Below, piece by piece: positions 8,903 to 17,269 of a stretch of 27,760 nt of DNA. A program made the translations under genes and the position numbers. The notes beneath the pieces are model-generated. The model saw nothing but the letters and a program-made list of their open reading frames with translations. It was not told the DNA's origin and ran no database searches. Position 1 is the stretch's first letter. Each line of letters starts with the position of its first letter. This DNA comes from Candidatus Fraserbacteria bacterium (GTDB taxonomy: Bacteria; Bipolaricaulota; Bipolaricaulia; RBG-16-55-9). The stretch is taken from positions 1 to 27,760 of the forward strand of contig JBBIOR010000024.1 of assembly GCA_037443265.1 (NCBI GenBank), in the 5' to 3' direction.

Positions 8903-9802
8903 ATGCTGCGGGGTTGGACGCTCGTCTCTGTGATGGCCACATACGTCTTGCTCATCATAGGGGGTGTGGTGAGCAGTACGGGCTCAGGACTGGGCTGCGG
9001 ACCGGACTGGCCCCTCTGCCACGGCTATCTCATTCCGCCCTTCAGCGAGCCTGAGATCTTGATCGAATGGCTCCATCGTCTGGTGGCCGGGCTAGTGGGC
9101 TTGCTGGTGCTGGCGACAGCCATCGAGGCCTGGAGAGGGACCCGCGATCTGCCATCTATGTCTGCGCTGGCTGGGATAGCCGTTCTGTTGCTTTTGACCC
9201 AAGTGATCTTGGGGGCGATCACGGTACGCTGGGAGCTGCCCCCGCAAGTCTCCACGGCCCACTTGGCCACGGGGACGGCTCTGTTTGCGGTGCTCGTCAT
9301 GATGAGCACGCTGGCGTTTCGTCGAGATAGAGCAAGGCCGCCGCTGGAGGCCAGCCCGCAGAGGTTCCTCTGGCTGGCGGTCGGGTTCACTTTTGTGCAG
9401 ATGGTGCTGGGGGCCTACGTACGCCACAGCGGGGCGGGGATGGCCTGCTCCGATCCCATTGTCTGTGTGCCGTCTACGCACCCCCTCGTTCTGGTACAGT
9501 TTGCTCATCGTGCTCTCGCCCTTGTGGTCCTCGGATTCGTCCATAGCGCTGCGGGTCGAGTACTGCGCGCCACCTCTGAGCCTAGCTTAAGAATCGCTGC
9601 GTTTGCGGCCATGATCTTAGTGTTTGTTCAGATCGGGCTTGGCATTCTCTCTGTGGCCACGTCTCTTGCACCTCACGCGACTACAGCCCATCTGGGCGTC
9701 GCTTTAGCGTTGTTGGGAGCGCTTGTGTTTATGGCCACGCGGGTGACCATCGTGGGTCGCATTCCGGCCGTGACGGCCAAACCCAAGGAGGCCGCGGCGT
9801 GA
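8903..9802 (+). CDS. ctaA: Heme A synthase (COX15/CtaA, Cys-pair type)
   Basis: GSGLGCGPDWPLCHG, EWLHR, AHL, GMACSDPIVC, AHR; start moved to ATG 8903 after GGGGAG. Confidence 0.92.
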   Translation: MLRGWTLVSVMATYVLLIIGGVVSSTGSGLGCGPDWPLCHGYLIPPFSEPEILIEWLHRLVAGLVGLLVLATAIEAWRGTRDLPSMSALAGIAVLLLLTQVILGAITVRWELPPQVSTAHLATGTALFAVLVMMSTLAFRRDRARPPLEASPQRFLWLAVGFTFVQMVLGAYVRHSGAGMACSDPIVCVPSTHPLVLVQFAHRALALVVLGFVHSAAGRVLRATSEPSLRIAAFAAMILVFVQIGLGILSVATSLAPHATTAHLGVALALLGALVFMATRVTIVGRIPAVTAKPKEAAA

Positions 9803-10680
9803 CTGGGGTTTGGGCCATCCCTCTGCGCCAGGTCTTGACGGATTATCTGAGCCTCACCAAGCCGCGCATCACGTTCTTGGTGCTGATCACGACCCTGGCG
9901 GGGCTTGGGCTGGCCGCTCGCGGGCTGCCGTCTTTCGAGATCGTCTTTTTCACGCTATTGGGAACGGGGCTGGCGTCGGCCTCCGCCAGCACGCTCAACA
10001 ACTTCCTCGATCGCGAGTTGGATGCCCTCATGGAGCGCACGCGGGGCCGCCCGCTGCCGGCAGGACGCCTCAGGCCCTCTGAAGCGCTGGCCCTTGGGAT
10101 CACATTGGGGGCGGGCTCTTTTGTGATCCTAGGGGTCTTCGTCCATCTCTTGAGCGCGCTGCTGGCGCTGCTGGCGATTCTCATCTACACAGGCATCTAC
10201 ACGGCCTGGCTCAAGAGGACGACGCCTCTTTGTACCGTCATTGGCGGTGTCGCGGGGGCGCTTCCGCCAGTGATCGGCTGGACAGCGGTAACGAACCAGA
10301 TCGATCTGGGAGCCTTAGTGCTCTTTATGATTTTATTCCTGTGGCAGCCGCCGCATTTTTGGGCGCTGGCCCTGCTTCGCAAAGACGAGTACAGCAAGGC
10401 GGGCCTGCCCATGCTGCCGGTCGTGCATGGAGCAGAGCGGACCCGTCGTCAGAGCTTGTTCTATGTCTTGGCGCTTCTGCCCATTTCACTTTTACCCTAC
10501 CCGTTGGGCGTTGTGGGCCCAGGCTATGTCGTGGCCGCTTTGGTGTTGGGATTGGGCTTTGTCGCGCTGGCCATTTATCTCCTGTGGGTGCGCGAAAGCG
10601 AGCGCCTCACGCGGCTACTCTTCCTCTATTCCACACTCTATTTGGGAGCGCTCTCGCTGGCCATGCTGCTGCGCTTCTGA
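9799..10680 (+). CDS. ctaB: Protoheme IX farnesyltransferase (heme O synthase)
   Basis: LTKPRI, NNFLDRELDALMERTRGRPLPAG, WLKRTT, WQPPHFWALA; GTGA overlap with ctaA stop. Confidence 0.96.
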   Translation: MTGVWAIPLRQVLTDYLSLTKPRITFLVLITTLAGLGLAARGLPSFEIVFFTLLGTGLASASASTLNNFLDRELDALMERTRGRPLPAGRLRPSEALALGITLGAGSFVILGVFVHLLSALLALLAILIYTGIYTAWLKRTTPLCTVIGGVAGALPPVIGWTAVTNQIDLGALVLFMILFLWQPPHFWALALLRKDEYSKAGLPMLPVVHGAERTRRQSLFYVLALLPISLLPYPLGVVGPGYVVAALVLGLGFVALAIYLLWVRESERLTRLLFLYSTLYLGALSLAMLLRF

Positions 10681-10730
10681 GATTCATTCGAACAGATTCT
10701 GCTCGCGGCGGTGCCTGTCTTAAATCCTGC

Positions 10731-10772
10731 TGATAAAGATCATGGTGCATCTTGCGGCGATTCATATAGAAT
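10731..10772 (+). promoter_or_regulatory. FNR/CRP-like box TGAT-AAAG-ATCA plus -10 TAGAAT upstream of acuB-like gene
   Basis: Box 10731-10742; TAGAAT 10767-10772; box centre at about -42.5; no good -35. Confidence 0.55.
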
Positions 10773-10817
10773 AAAATAATAAGCGGGATGAGAGATGGCT
10801 GAAGGGAGGCCTATAGC

Positions 10818-11468
10818 ATGTTTGTGCGCATGTGGATGACCCAGGATGTGATCACCGTTCCACCGGAGACGCCCATTCTGGAGGCGCGCGACGTCATGAA
10901 ACAGCACATGGTCCGCCGCCTTCCGGTGCTCAACAGAGGGAAACTGGTGGGCATCGTCACCCAAGGGGACATCCAAGAGGCCGGGCCCTCCGGGGCGACC
11001 TCGCTTAGCATCTGGGAGCTCAATTATCTTCTGGCCCGCATCACCGTGGGCGAGGTCATGACCCATTCCCATAAGCTCATCACCGTCTCGCCGGATGACA
11101 CCATCGAGCGCGCCGCACTTCTTATGAGAAAGCGCAAGGTGGGTGGACTTCCCGTCCTCGAGAAGGACAAATTGGTCGGAATCATTACAGAATCTGATAT
11201 TTTTGGAGTTTTGATTGAAGTGATGGGAATCGAGCGGGGCGGGACGCGTCTTACTCTCGAGCTGGAAGACCGGCCTGGAGCGCTCGCCGAGGTCTTCCAA
11301 GTGATCAAGGCCTATGAGGCCAATGTGCTCAGCGTCGTCACGTGCGAGCAGTGCCGCCGCGCGGGGAATCGCGGCGTGGTCGTCATCCGCATCGACCACT
11401 ATGATTGGCGCCCCATCGTAAAAGAATTGAAAGACCAGGGCATCGTAGTCCTGGACGCGCGGACGTGA
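10818..11468 (+). CDS. acuB: Tandem CBS + ACT domain protein (AcuB-like)
   Basis: MFVRMWMT, VRRLPV, LVGIVT, ATSLSIWELNYLL, GIITESDI, EDRPGALA (ACT); GGAGG RBS. Confidence 0.88.
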   Translation: MFVRMWMTQDVITVPPETPILEARDVMKQHMVRRLPVLNRGKLVGIVTQGDIQEAGPSGATSLSIWELNYLLARITVGEVMTHSHKLITVSPDDTIERAALLMRKRKVGGLPVLEKDKLVGIITESDIFGVLIEVMGIERGGTRLTLELEDRPGALAEVFQVIKAYEANVLSVVTCEQCRRAGNRGVVVIRIDHYDWRPIVKELKDQGIVVLDART

Positions 11469-11472
11469 CTCG

Positions 11473-12513
11473 TTAAGGCAAGAGGACGACCTTGCCACAC
11501 TCGCCGGAGATCATCAATTGAAAAGCTCTTTCAAAATCTTCCAGCGGGAAGCGATGGGTGATGACTGGGCTGAGATCCACGGCCTTCGCCCGCAACAGTC
11601 CTCGCGCTTGATACCACGTCTCCCAAAGCCGGCGACCTATGACGCCATAGACAGTAAGGCCCTTGAAGATGAGAAGATTGTCGAAGTCGAACTCCAGGGG
11701 TCGACCGGGCAGGCCCAAGAGGGCCGCTTCACCTCCGGGCTTGAGCAGCGCAAAGCCCTGGCGAAGCGCGGAGGATGCCCCAGACATCTCTAAGAGCACA
11801 TCCACGCCCTCGCCCTCGGTGTACTCTCGAATAGCTTGAACGACATCCCTCTCGTGGGCGTTGAAGACCGCGTCCGCACCCATCTTCTTGGCAAGCTCCA
11901 GCCGATAGGGGCTGATGTCCGTGGCATAGACGGCCCGCGCTCCGATGGCTTTGGCTACTGCGATGGTCATCAGGCCCACTGGCCCACAGCCGGTGACGAG
12001 AATCTTTTTGGCGCGCACGTCGGCTGTGAAGGCCGTATGCACCGCATTGCCAAAATTCTCTTGGAGCGAGGCGATTTCCACGGGCATCTCGGGCGGATTC
12101 TTCCAAGCATTGATGGCCGGCATGGCCACATACTCTGCAAAGCAGCCGTCGCGATCGATACCCAGAATACTCGTATTGCGACAGAGATGCCCACGCCCGG
12201 TGCGACACATATCGCAGATGCCGCAGATCACGTGACTCTCGGCTGAGACGTAGTCGCCTATCTTCACTTCCGTGACGTCGCAGCCGACTTCCACAATTTC
12301 GCCGCAGGCCTCATGCCCGATCACCCGAGGGAGCCGGAGGCGCTGCTGAGCCCAAGGATTCCAGCGATAGATGTGCAGATCCGTCCCGCAGATGGAGGCG
12401 GCTTTCACTTTGACGAGCACATCTCGGGGCCCGATGCGGGGTATGGGGACGCGACAAAGCTCCAAGCCCGTCGCGGCCTTTGCCTTAACGAGGGCGCGCA
12501 TCGTCTCGGTCAT
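11473..12513 (-). CDS. tdh: L-threonine 3-dehydrogenase (Zn-dependent MDR family)
   Basis: ICGTDLHIY.W, GHE, CxxCxxC...C structural Zn, GNAVHT, GCGPVG, LEMSG, GRRLWETW; start 12513 or 12501. Confidence 0.93.
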   Translation of the reverse strand: MTETMRALVKAKAATGLELCRVPIPRIGPRDVLVKVKAASICGTDLHIYRWNPWAQQRLRLPRVIGHEACGEIVEVGCDVTEVKIGDYVSAESHVICGICDMCRTGRGHLCRNTSILGIDRDGCFAEYVAMPAINAWKNPPEMPVEIASLQENFGNAVHTAFTADVRAKKILVTGCGPVGLMTIAVAKAIGARAVYATDISPYRLELAKKMGADAVFNAHERDVVQAIREYTEGEGVDVLLEMSGASSALRQGFALLKPGGEAALLGLPGRPLEFDFDNLLIFKGLTVYGVIGRRLWETWYQARGLLRAKAVDLSPVITHRFPLEDFERAFQLMISGECGKVVLLP

Positions 12514-12668
12514 GATGTGAGTCAAGTATAGTCTGCGCGCGATGATTTGGCCAAGCCTGCCCTATGCAGGCCGTGATGGCCGATCCTGAAGTATCGGCCC
12601 ATCTGGATGACGGGGATTCGTCGTTGCCATGGTGAGGCAAGTGCTGCCGCCTTGGAGCGTGACCACGT

Positions 12669-13058
12669 TCAAGGCAGGACCTTGAGCTGGCCCTCCATCA
12701 GGCCCGGATGTAGAAGGCACGCATACAGCCACGTGCCTGTCTTGGAAGGCACAAATTCCAGCGTCTCCGACTCCCCTGGCTTTAGATACCCCGTGCGCAG
12801 ACCCAAGCCCACGATCACGAGATTGTGCGTGATGGGCTCTTCTTCCTCGTTTCGCATGAGCAAGCGAATCCGCTCGCCCATGCGAACTGTGATGGGCTCT
12901 TCTTCTGCCCCCTGAAGGTGAAAGTTCATGTCTTTGGCGATGATCACAAGCTCTTTGACGTCTCGATTCATCGCGTTCCGGGCGATGCTCGTCCCCAAGG
13001 CCAGGGCCAAACCAGCAACAGCGATGATCGCGATGACGACGGCATGTTTGAACTTCAC
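12669..13058 (-). CDS. Exported cupredoxin (type-1 blue copper) protein
   Basis: Signal peptide; THNL and YACLLHPGLMEG give His/Cys/His/Met ligands; GTG start 13058 with AAGGAG RBS. Confidence 0.85.
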   Translation of the reverse strand: MKFKHAVVIAIIAVAGLALALGTSIARNAMNRDVKELVIIAKDMNFHLQGAEEEPITVRMGERIRLLMRNEEEEPITHNLVIVGLGLRTGYLKPGESETLEFVPSKTGTWLYACLLHPGLMEGQLKVLP

Positions 13059-13080
13059 GCTCTTATCTCCTTTCAAGCCT

Positions 13081-14259
13081 TCAGCCGGCGACGAACAACC
13101 CCGTGATGTACATGATCAGAAGTCCCAGCGCCAGCCCTGCGAAGTTGGGCAGACTGCCAAAGACAACTTTGCCGGTGCGCTGTGAGTCTTTCGCGATGAG
13201 TTTGAAGATCTCATAGACGACTTGAAAGATGGCTCCGGCTCCGATGGCCAAAAAGAGCATCGAGAAAAGATCAGAGTACGTGAAGCCGCCGATCCAAGCT
13301 CCCAGGATCGTCGGCGCACCGGCGATCAGGCCCAACGCAAAGAGATGCCTCAAGACTCTTATGTTCTCTTTGGCCAGGGGCGCGATAATCCCGAAGCCCT
13401 CTGTCGTATTGTGGATTGTAAAGCCGATCACGAGAAATGCCCCTAGCGCGATCTCACCCAGGGCATAGGCAGCCCCGATGGCCAGCCCTTCGCCCAGATT
13501 GTGCAGGCCGATGCCCATAGCGATGAGATAGCTGAGAGAGAGGCGCGCTCGGGCCGGATCTAGCTTGGACCCAACGATCTTTTGTCCAAGCACACTCAGA
13601 GCCAGAAAGCTCAAGACGAGCGCGCTTGCGATGACTCCTACGCCTTTAAAGATTTCCGGCACACGAGCCGCCAGCTCAAAGGCTTCTTTGAGCGCGTCCA
13701 CGCCCAAAAAGAGCAAAAGACCCGCCGTAAGGCTCAAAAGAAAGCCCATCCAGTGTCTTCCCGTTCTTCGCAGAAACGGAAACCAGAAGAATCCCAAAAA
13801 GACAGGGATGACACCCACATACGTCCCCAAGAGGGCAAACGCTCCCAGGGCCTCCCAATTGAACGGCGGGGTCGCCACGGCAATGTCAACGGTATGGGCA
13901 AACTTGAAGCCGTTGGGAGTGAGTAACTCAATCGTCACCGGCTCGCCCTCTACCCAGGGATAAGACAACGCAACCGTGGCCCGGCCCAGGCGGGGGATTG
14001 TCTCAGTCGGCTGCATCGAAAAACTCCACAGCGCGCCGTTGATGATCACATGGGCAATGGTGACAGCGTTTGGGCCACTGTTGCGCACATAGACTAAGAC
14101 TTCGTCCGGCCGGAAGACTACGCGCTCAAAGTCGAGCTGTTCGATGGGCACGGGTGCAGTGCCAATGGGACCCGGCCCTTGAACGAGAAAGAAATAGATC
14201 ACTCCCGCCAAGAGCGCCAATGGCAGAAGGGCAAGCAGAATCTGGCCCACTCGGTTCAT
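13081..14259 (-). CDS. ZIP-family divalent metal transporter with N-terminal extracytoplasmic domain
   Basis: GLHNLGEGLAIG and IHNTTEGFGI metal motifs; multiple TM helices; about 100-aa soluble segment after TM1. Confidence 0.9.
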   Translation of the reverse strand: MNRVGQILLALLPLALLAGVIYFFLVQGPGPIGTAPVPIEQLDFERVVFRPDEVLVYVRNSGPNAVTIAHVIINGALWSFSMQPTETIPRLGRATVALSYPWVEGEPVTIELLTPNGFKFAHTVDIAVATPPFNWEALGAFALLGTYVGVIPVFLGFFWFPFLRRTGRHWMGFLLSLTAGLLLFLGVDALKEAFELAARVPEIFKGVGVIASALVLSFLALSVLGQKIVGSKLDPARARLSLSYLIAMGIGLHNLGEGLAIGAAYALGEIALGAFLVIGFTIHNTTEGFGIIAPLAKENIRVLRHLFALGLIAGAPTILGAWIGGFTYSDLFSMLFLAIGAGAIFQVVYEIFKLIAKDSQRTGKVVFGSLPNFAGLALGLLIMYITGLFVAG

Positions 14260-15260
14260 GGCACCACCTCGAAGGTGCCCAGCCAGCCACGCTCGGAGAA
14301 TTCATTTTGATGGGCGTGAAAGATATATTTCCCCGGGTATTTGTAGCGGAACTCGAGGATGCAGCGCTCGCCCTGACAGAGCATGACAGTGTCCGTGATC
14401 TCGTATTGATCGAGCCGCGTGCCCGTGCGATAGAGTTTGAAGACATTCGCATGCAGATGGAAGCTGTTAATGAGATCGAACTCCGTCATGTTGATCAAAT
14501 AGACGCGCACGAGTTCTCCGGCTTTGACCTTAATGGGGTGCTCGAAATAATAATTGGCGATGCCGTTTACGGTGTAGAATTCATTTTCTTCGTCGAAGTC
14601 GGGATCGAAGCCGTTCATGATCATGATCATCTCGTGGGCGGGCTCGCGGGGCTTCTTGGGATCAATGATAAGAGCCCCGTAGAGGCCCTTCATGATGTGC
14701 TTGGTAACGGGCATCGTGTGGCAGTGATAGAGAAAGAGCCCGAAGGGTTCCGCGATGAATTCATAAATATATTCGCCTCCGGGCGGGATCTGCTCGAAGA
14801 CCCCATCCATGTGGGCCGGGTGGACTCCATGAAAATGGATCGAGTGCGTGTGAGAGGCCTCGTTGCGAAAATAGACGCGCACGAGGTCTCCCTCGGTGGC
14901 GCGCAGTGTGGGCCCTGGCACCGTGCCGTTGAACGTCCAAGCGGGAAACTTCATGCCGCGGACAATCTCGATCTCTTGATCCAGCGCCATGAGTTCATAC
15001 TCGCGCAGCGTGCGCCCGTCCGCGAGTTGACTCATCCTGCCATAATCGAAGTGGGTCAAGAACGTCAATGGGTCCATAGCCGTAGGATGCTGACGCCCCG
15101 CGGAGATCCCTAAGGGCATGTCGTGAGGCCTCTCAGGGGGAGCCGTCTCCTGCCCCCCAGGCTCAGAGGGAGCTCTAGCTAGGACGGCGGCACCGGTCAG
15201 GCCGGCAGCGCCAATCGAGAAGAGGCGCAGGAGCTCGCGTCTCGATAGTCTCGGGTTCAT
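14256..15260 (-). CDS. Tat-exported two-domain multicopper oxidase (T1 site in domain 1)
   Basis: SRRELL Tat motif; HSIHFH, YHCH-x6-H, FHLH, FHAH (no Cys in domain 2). Confidence 0.9.
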   Translation of the reverse strand: MNPRLSRRELLRLFSIGAAGLTGAAVLARAPSEPGGQETAPPERPHDMPLGISAGRQHPTAMDPLTFLTHFDYGRMSQLADGRTLREYELMALDQEIEIVRGMKFPAWTFNGTVPGPTLRATEGDLVRVYFRNEASHTHSIHFHGVHPAHMDGVFEQIPPGGEYIYEFIAEPFGLFLYHCHTMPVTKHIMKGLYGALIIDPKKPREPAHEMIMIMNGFDPDFDEENEFYTVNGIANYYFEHPIKVKAGELVRVYLINMTEFDLINSFHLHANVFKLYRTGTRLDQYEITDTVMLCQGERCILEFRYKYPGKYIFHAHQNEFSERGWLGTFEVVP

Positions 15261-15931
15261 CTTGACCCTCCCGCCTTTTCGATCTTGGTCACGTAGACGT
15301 ATCGAGCAGCTTCGGGGCTGATCGTGTGCGCGGCCTCTCCGACGCGGATGGTGAGAGGCCCGTTGAAGGGGGCGATAGCGAGGATGGTGACTTGCACTTG
15401 GGGATAGAGCCCTAAGCTACCCAGATAGCGCAAGAGAGCCGGATCATGATCGCTCACTTCCGCGATGCAGGCTGATTGCCCAGGCCGCAGTTCCGTAAGA
15501 CGCACGCGGGCCGGATGAGCGAGAGTCCCTTCGCGGCTGGGGATGGGGGCGCCATGCGGATCCGTCGTCGGGTGTCCCAAAAGATTATCGATGCGCTCTT
15601 CGAGCTCTTCAGAGAGCACATGCTCCCATCTTTCGGCCTCGGCGTGGACTTGATCCCAGGGCACGCCCAAAGCCTCGTTGAGATATAGCTCAACGAGGCG
15701 ATGGTGGCGAATGACTTCGAGGGCGATCTTCCGTCCGGCCCGGGTGAGTCTTACGCCTTGATAGGGCTCGTGGGTGACGAGCCTTATATTTGCGAGTTTT
15801 TTGATCATGCCCGTGGCGGAAGCCGGAGTGACACCCAGGCGTTCGGCCAAGGCCATCGTGGTGACTTTGCCCTGCTCGCGCTCGATCTCGTAGGCGGCCT
15901 TGAGATAATCTTCGACGGCTTGTGTCTGCAT
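15257..15931 (-). CDS. mntR: DtxR/MntR-family metal-dependent repressor with C-terminal FeoA/SH3-like domain
   Basis: EDYLK, LAERLGVTPASATGM, RHHRLVELYL, HAEAERWEH, DPHGAPIP, LRYLGSLGL.P. Confidence 0.93.
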   Translation of the reverse strand: MQTQAVEDYLKAAYEIEREQGKVTTMALAERLGVTPASATGMIKKLANIRLVTHEPYQGVRLTRAGRKIALEVIRHHRLVELYLNEALGVPWDQVHAEAERWEHVLSEELEERIDNLLGHPTTDPHGAPIPSREGTLAHPARVRLTELRPGQSACIAEVSDHDPALLRYLGSLGLYPQVQVTILAIAPFNGPLTIRVGEAAHTISPEAARYVYVTKIEKAGGSR

Positions 15932-15951
15932 TTCGACTCTCCGAAACCCAA

Positions 15952-15969
15952 ATTTAGATATGGCTAAAT
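15952..15969. promoter_or_regulatory. DtxR/MntR-type operator ATTTAG-N6-CTAAAT
   Basis: Perfect 6-bp inverted repeat overlapping the -10 and predicted +1 of the repressor gene; TTTAG-N6-CTAAA matches MntR/SirR-type boxes. Confidence 0.8.
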
Positions 15970-15995
15970 ATAGCCGGGCTTGAGAGGATTGTCAA
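15967..15995 (-). promoter_or_regulatory. Sigma70 promoter of mntR-MCO-ZIP-cupredoxin operon
   Basis: TTGACA (15995-15990), 17 bp, TATATT (15972-15967). Confidence 0.8.
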
Positions 15996-16094
15996 GATGG
16001 CGGGCCTTGAGTTCCCCTGGAGCAAGCCCTGCCCAAAAGCTATAATCAAACTCAGGTGAGAACTCACGGAACAGTCAACAGGAGGCAAAGCATC

Positions 16095-16820
16095 GTGCCT
16101 GAAAATAAAACCCTCAAGAAGAAACAAGAAGAGCACCTGCAGAAGATCACCACCTACACCGGCATCGCCGTGTTGATTATTATAATTGCCGTCGTTGGCT
16201 ATTACCTCGTCGCAAACCGATCTGCTTCTAGCCCCGTGAGCCCGAACCCTGAAGCCATCGACTTCCAACTCGATAAGCAGCCCTCGCTGGGCGAGCCCAC
16301 GGCTCCGGTCAAAATCGTCGAATTCGCCGATTTTAAGTGCCCCGCCTGCAAGCTCTTCCACGACCAGGTCTTTCCCCAGCTCAAACGGGAGTACCTCGAC
16401 ACCGGCCAGGTCGAGTTCTTCTTCCTCAACTTCCAGTTCCTCGGCCCAGATTCCACTACCGCCGGCATCGCCGCCGAGTGTATCTACCGCCAGAACGAGA
16501 CCGCCTTCTGGGCCTACTATCAAGCCGTCTTCGAGAACCAAGGCCCGGAGAGCCAAGTCTGGGCCACGCCCGAATTTCTCATCCGCTTAGTGCGAGATCA
16601 CGTCCAGCACGTGGCGGATGTGAACATCGAGGATTTAGAGCAGTGCATCGCCCAGCGAAGGCATCTCAAAGACGTCGAAGATGATCTCAATAGGGGCAAG
16701 AGCGTCGGAGTGACAGCTACTCCCACCTTCTTCGTCAACAAACAGAAGTTCGTGGGCGCCGGGCCATATGCACGCCTTCGGGCACTCATCGAGCAGGAAC
16801 TCGAAAAATCTGCCCCATGA
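16095..16820 (+). CDS. dsbA: Membrane-anchored DsbA-family thiol-disulfide oxidoreductase (BdbD-like)
   Basis: EFADFKCPACK, GVTATPTFFVN cis-Pro loop, N-terminal TM; GTG 16095 with GGAGG 16081-16085; TATAAT at 16041-16046. Confidence 0.88.
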   Translation: MPENKTLKKKQEEHLQKITTYTGIAVLIIIIAVVGYYLVANRSASSPVSPNPEAIDFQLDKQPSLGEPTAPVKIVEFADFKCPACKLFHDQVFPQLKREYLDTGQVEFFFLNFQFLGPDSTTAGIAAECIYRQNETAFWAYYQAVFENQGPESQVWATPEFLIRLVRDHVQHVADVNIEDLEQCIAQRRHLKDVEDDLNRGKSVGVTATPTFFVNKQKFVGAGPYARLRALIEQELEKSAP

Positions 16821-17269
16821 CCACGCTTCTTGAGCGATATGGCCTATACTTCTCCTGGCTAGTCTCTATTATGGCCACCGGAGGGAGCCTCTACTTCAGC
16901 GAGGTGAGGCACTTTATCCCCTGCGATCTCTGTTGGTTCCAGAGGATCTTGATGTACCCACTTGTGATTCTCTTGGGAATCGCCAGCTATCGCAATGATA
17001 GACACATTACGGGCTACATCCTGCCGATGAGCCTCTTGGGATGGCTCATCGCATCCTATCACTATTTCATCGTGGAGAGGAAGTTGCTCGGCGCGGTTGA
17101 GTCCCCTCTTTGTAGGCCGTTTGCGCCCTGCGATGCCAAGTGGATCGAATGGGCGGGCTTTATCACGATCCCCTTCATGTCGCTTGTGGCCTTCACGCTG
17201 ATCACATTCTTCATGCTCTTTGTGCGCCGAGCGACCCGACATCCAGCCGTGGAGGCATCAACCCCATAG
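16817..17269 (+). CDS. dsbB: Disulfide bond formation protein DsbB (BdbC-like)
   Basis: GSLYFSEV, PCDLCWFQRILMYP, second Cys pair CRPFAPC, FITIPFMS; ATGA overlap with dsbA. Confidence 0.92.
   Translation: MTTLLERYGLYFSWLVSIMATGGSLYFSEVRHFIPCDLCWFQRILMYPLVILLGIASYRNDRHITGYILPMSLLGWLIASYHYFIVERKLLGAVESPLCRPFAPCDAKWIEWAGFITIPFMSLVAFTLITFFMLFVRRATRHPAVEASTP

Noticed and set aside
10740..11498. 252-aa minus-strand ORF
   Set aside because: Antisense to the clear CBS-ACT gene.
12562..12630. 22-codon minus-strand ORF (MATTNPRHPDGPILQDRPSRPA) as a tdh leader peptide
   Set aside because: No SD, only two Thr codons, and it lies upstream of the predicted tdh promoter.
14070..15113. 347-aa + strand ORF
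   Set aside because: Antisense shadow of the multicopper oxidase; no motifs or RBS.
14256..15260. Annotation as copper nitrite reductase NirK
   Set aside because: Has HxH motifs in both domains typical of a trinuclear-cluster oxidase; NirK-type motif pattern not seen.
15954..16556. 200-aa minus-strand ORF
   Set aside because: Antisense to dsbA and runs over the mntR promoter/operator.
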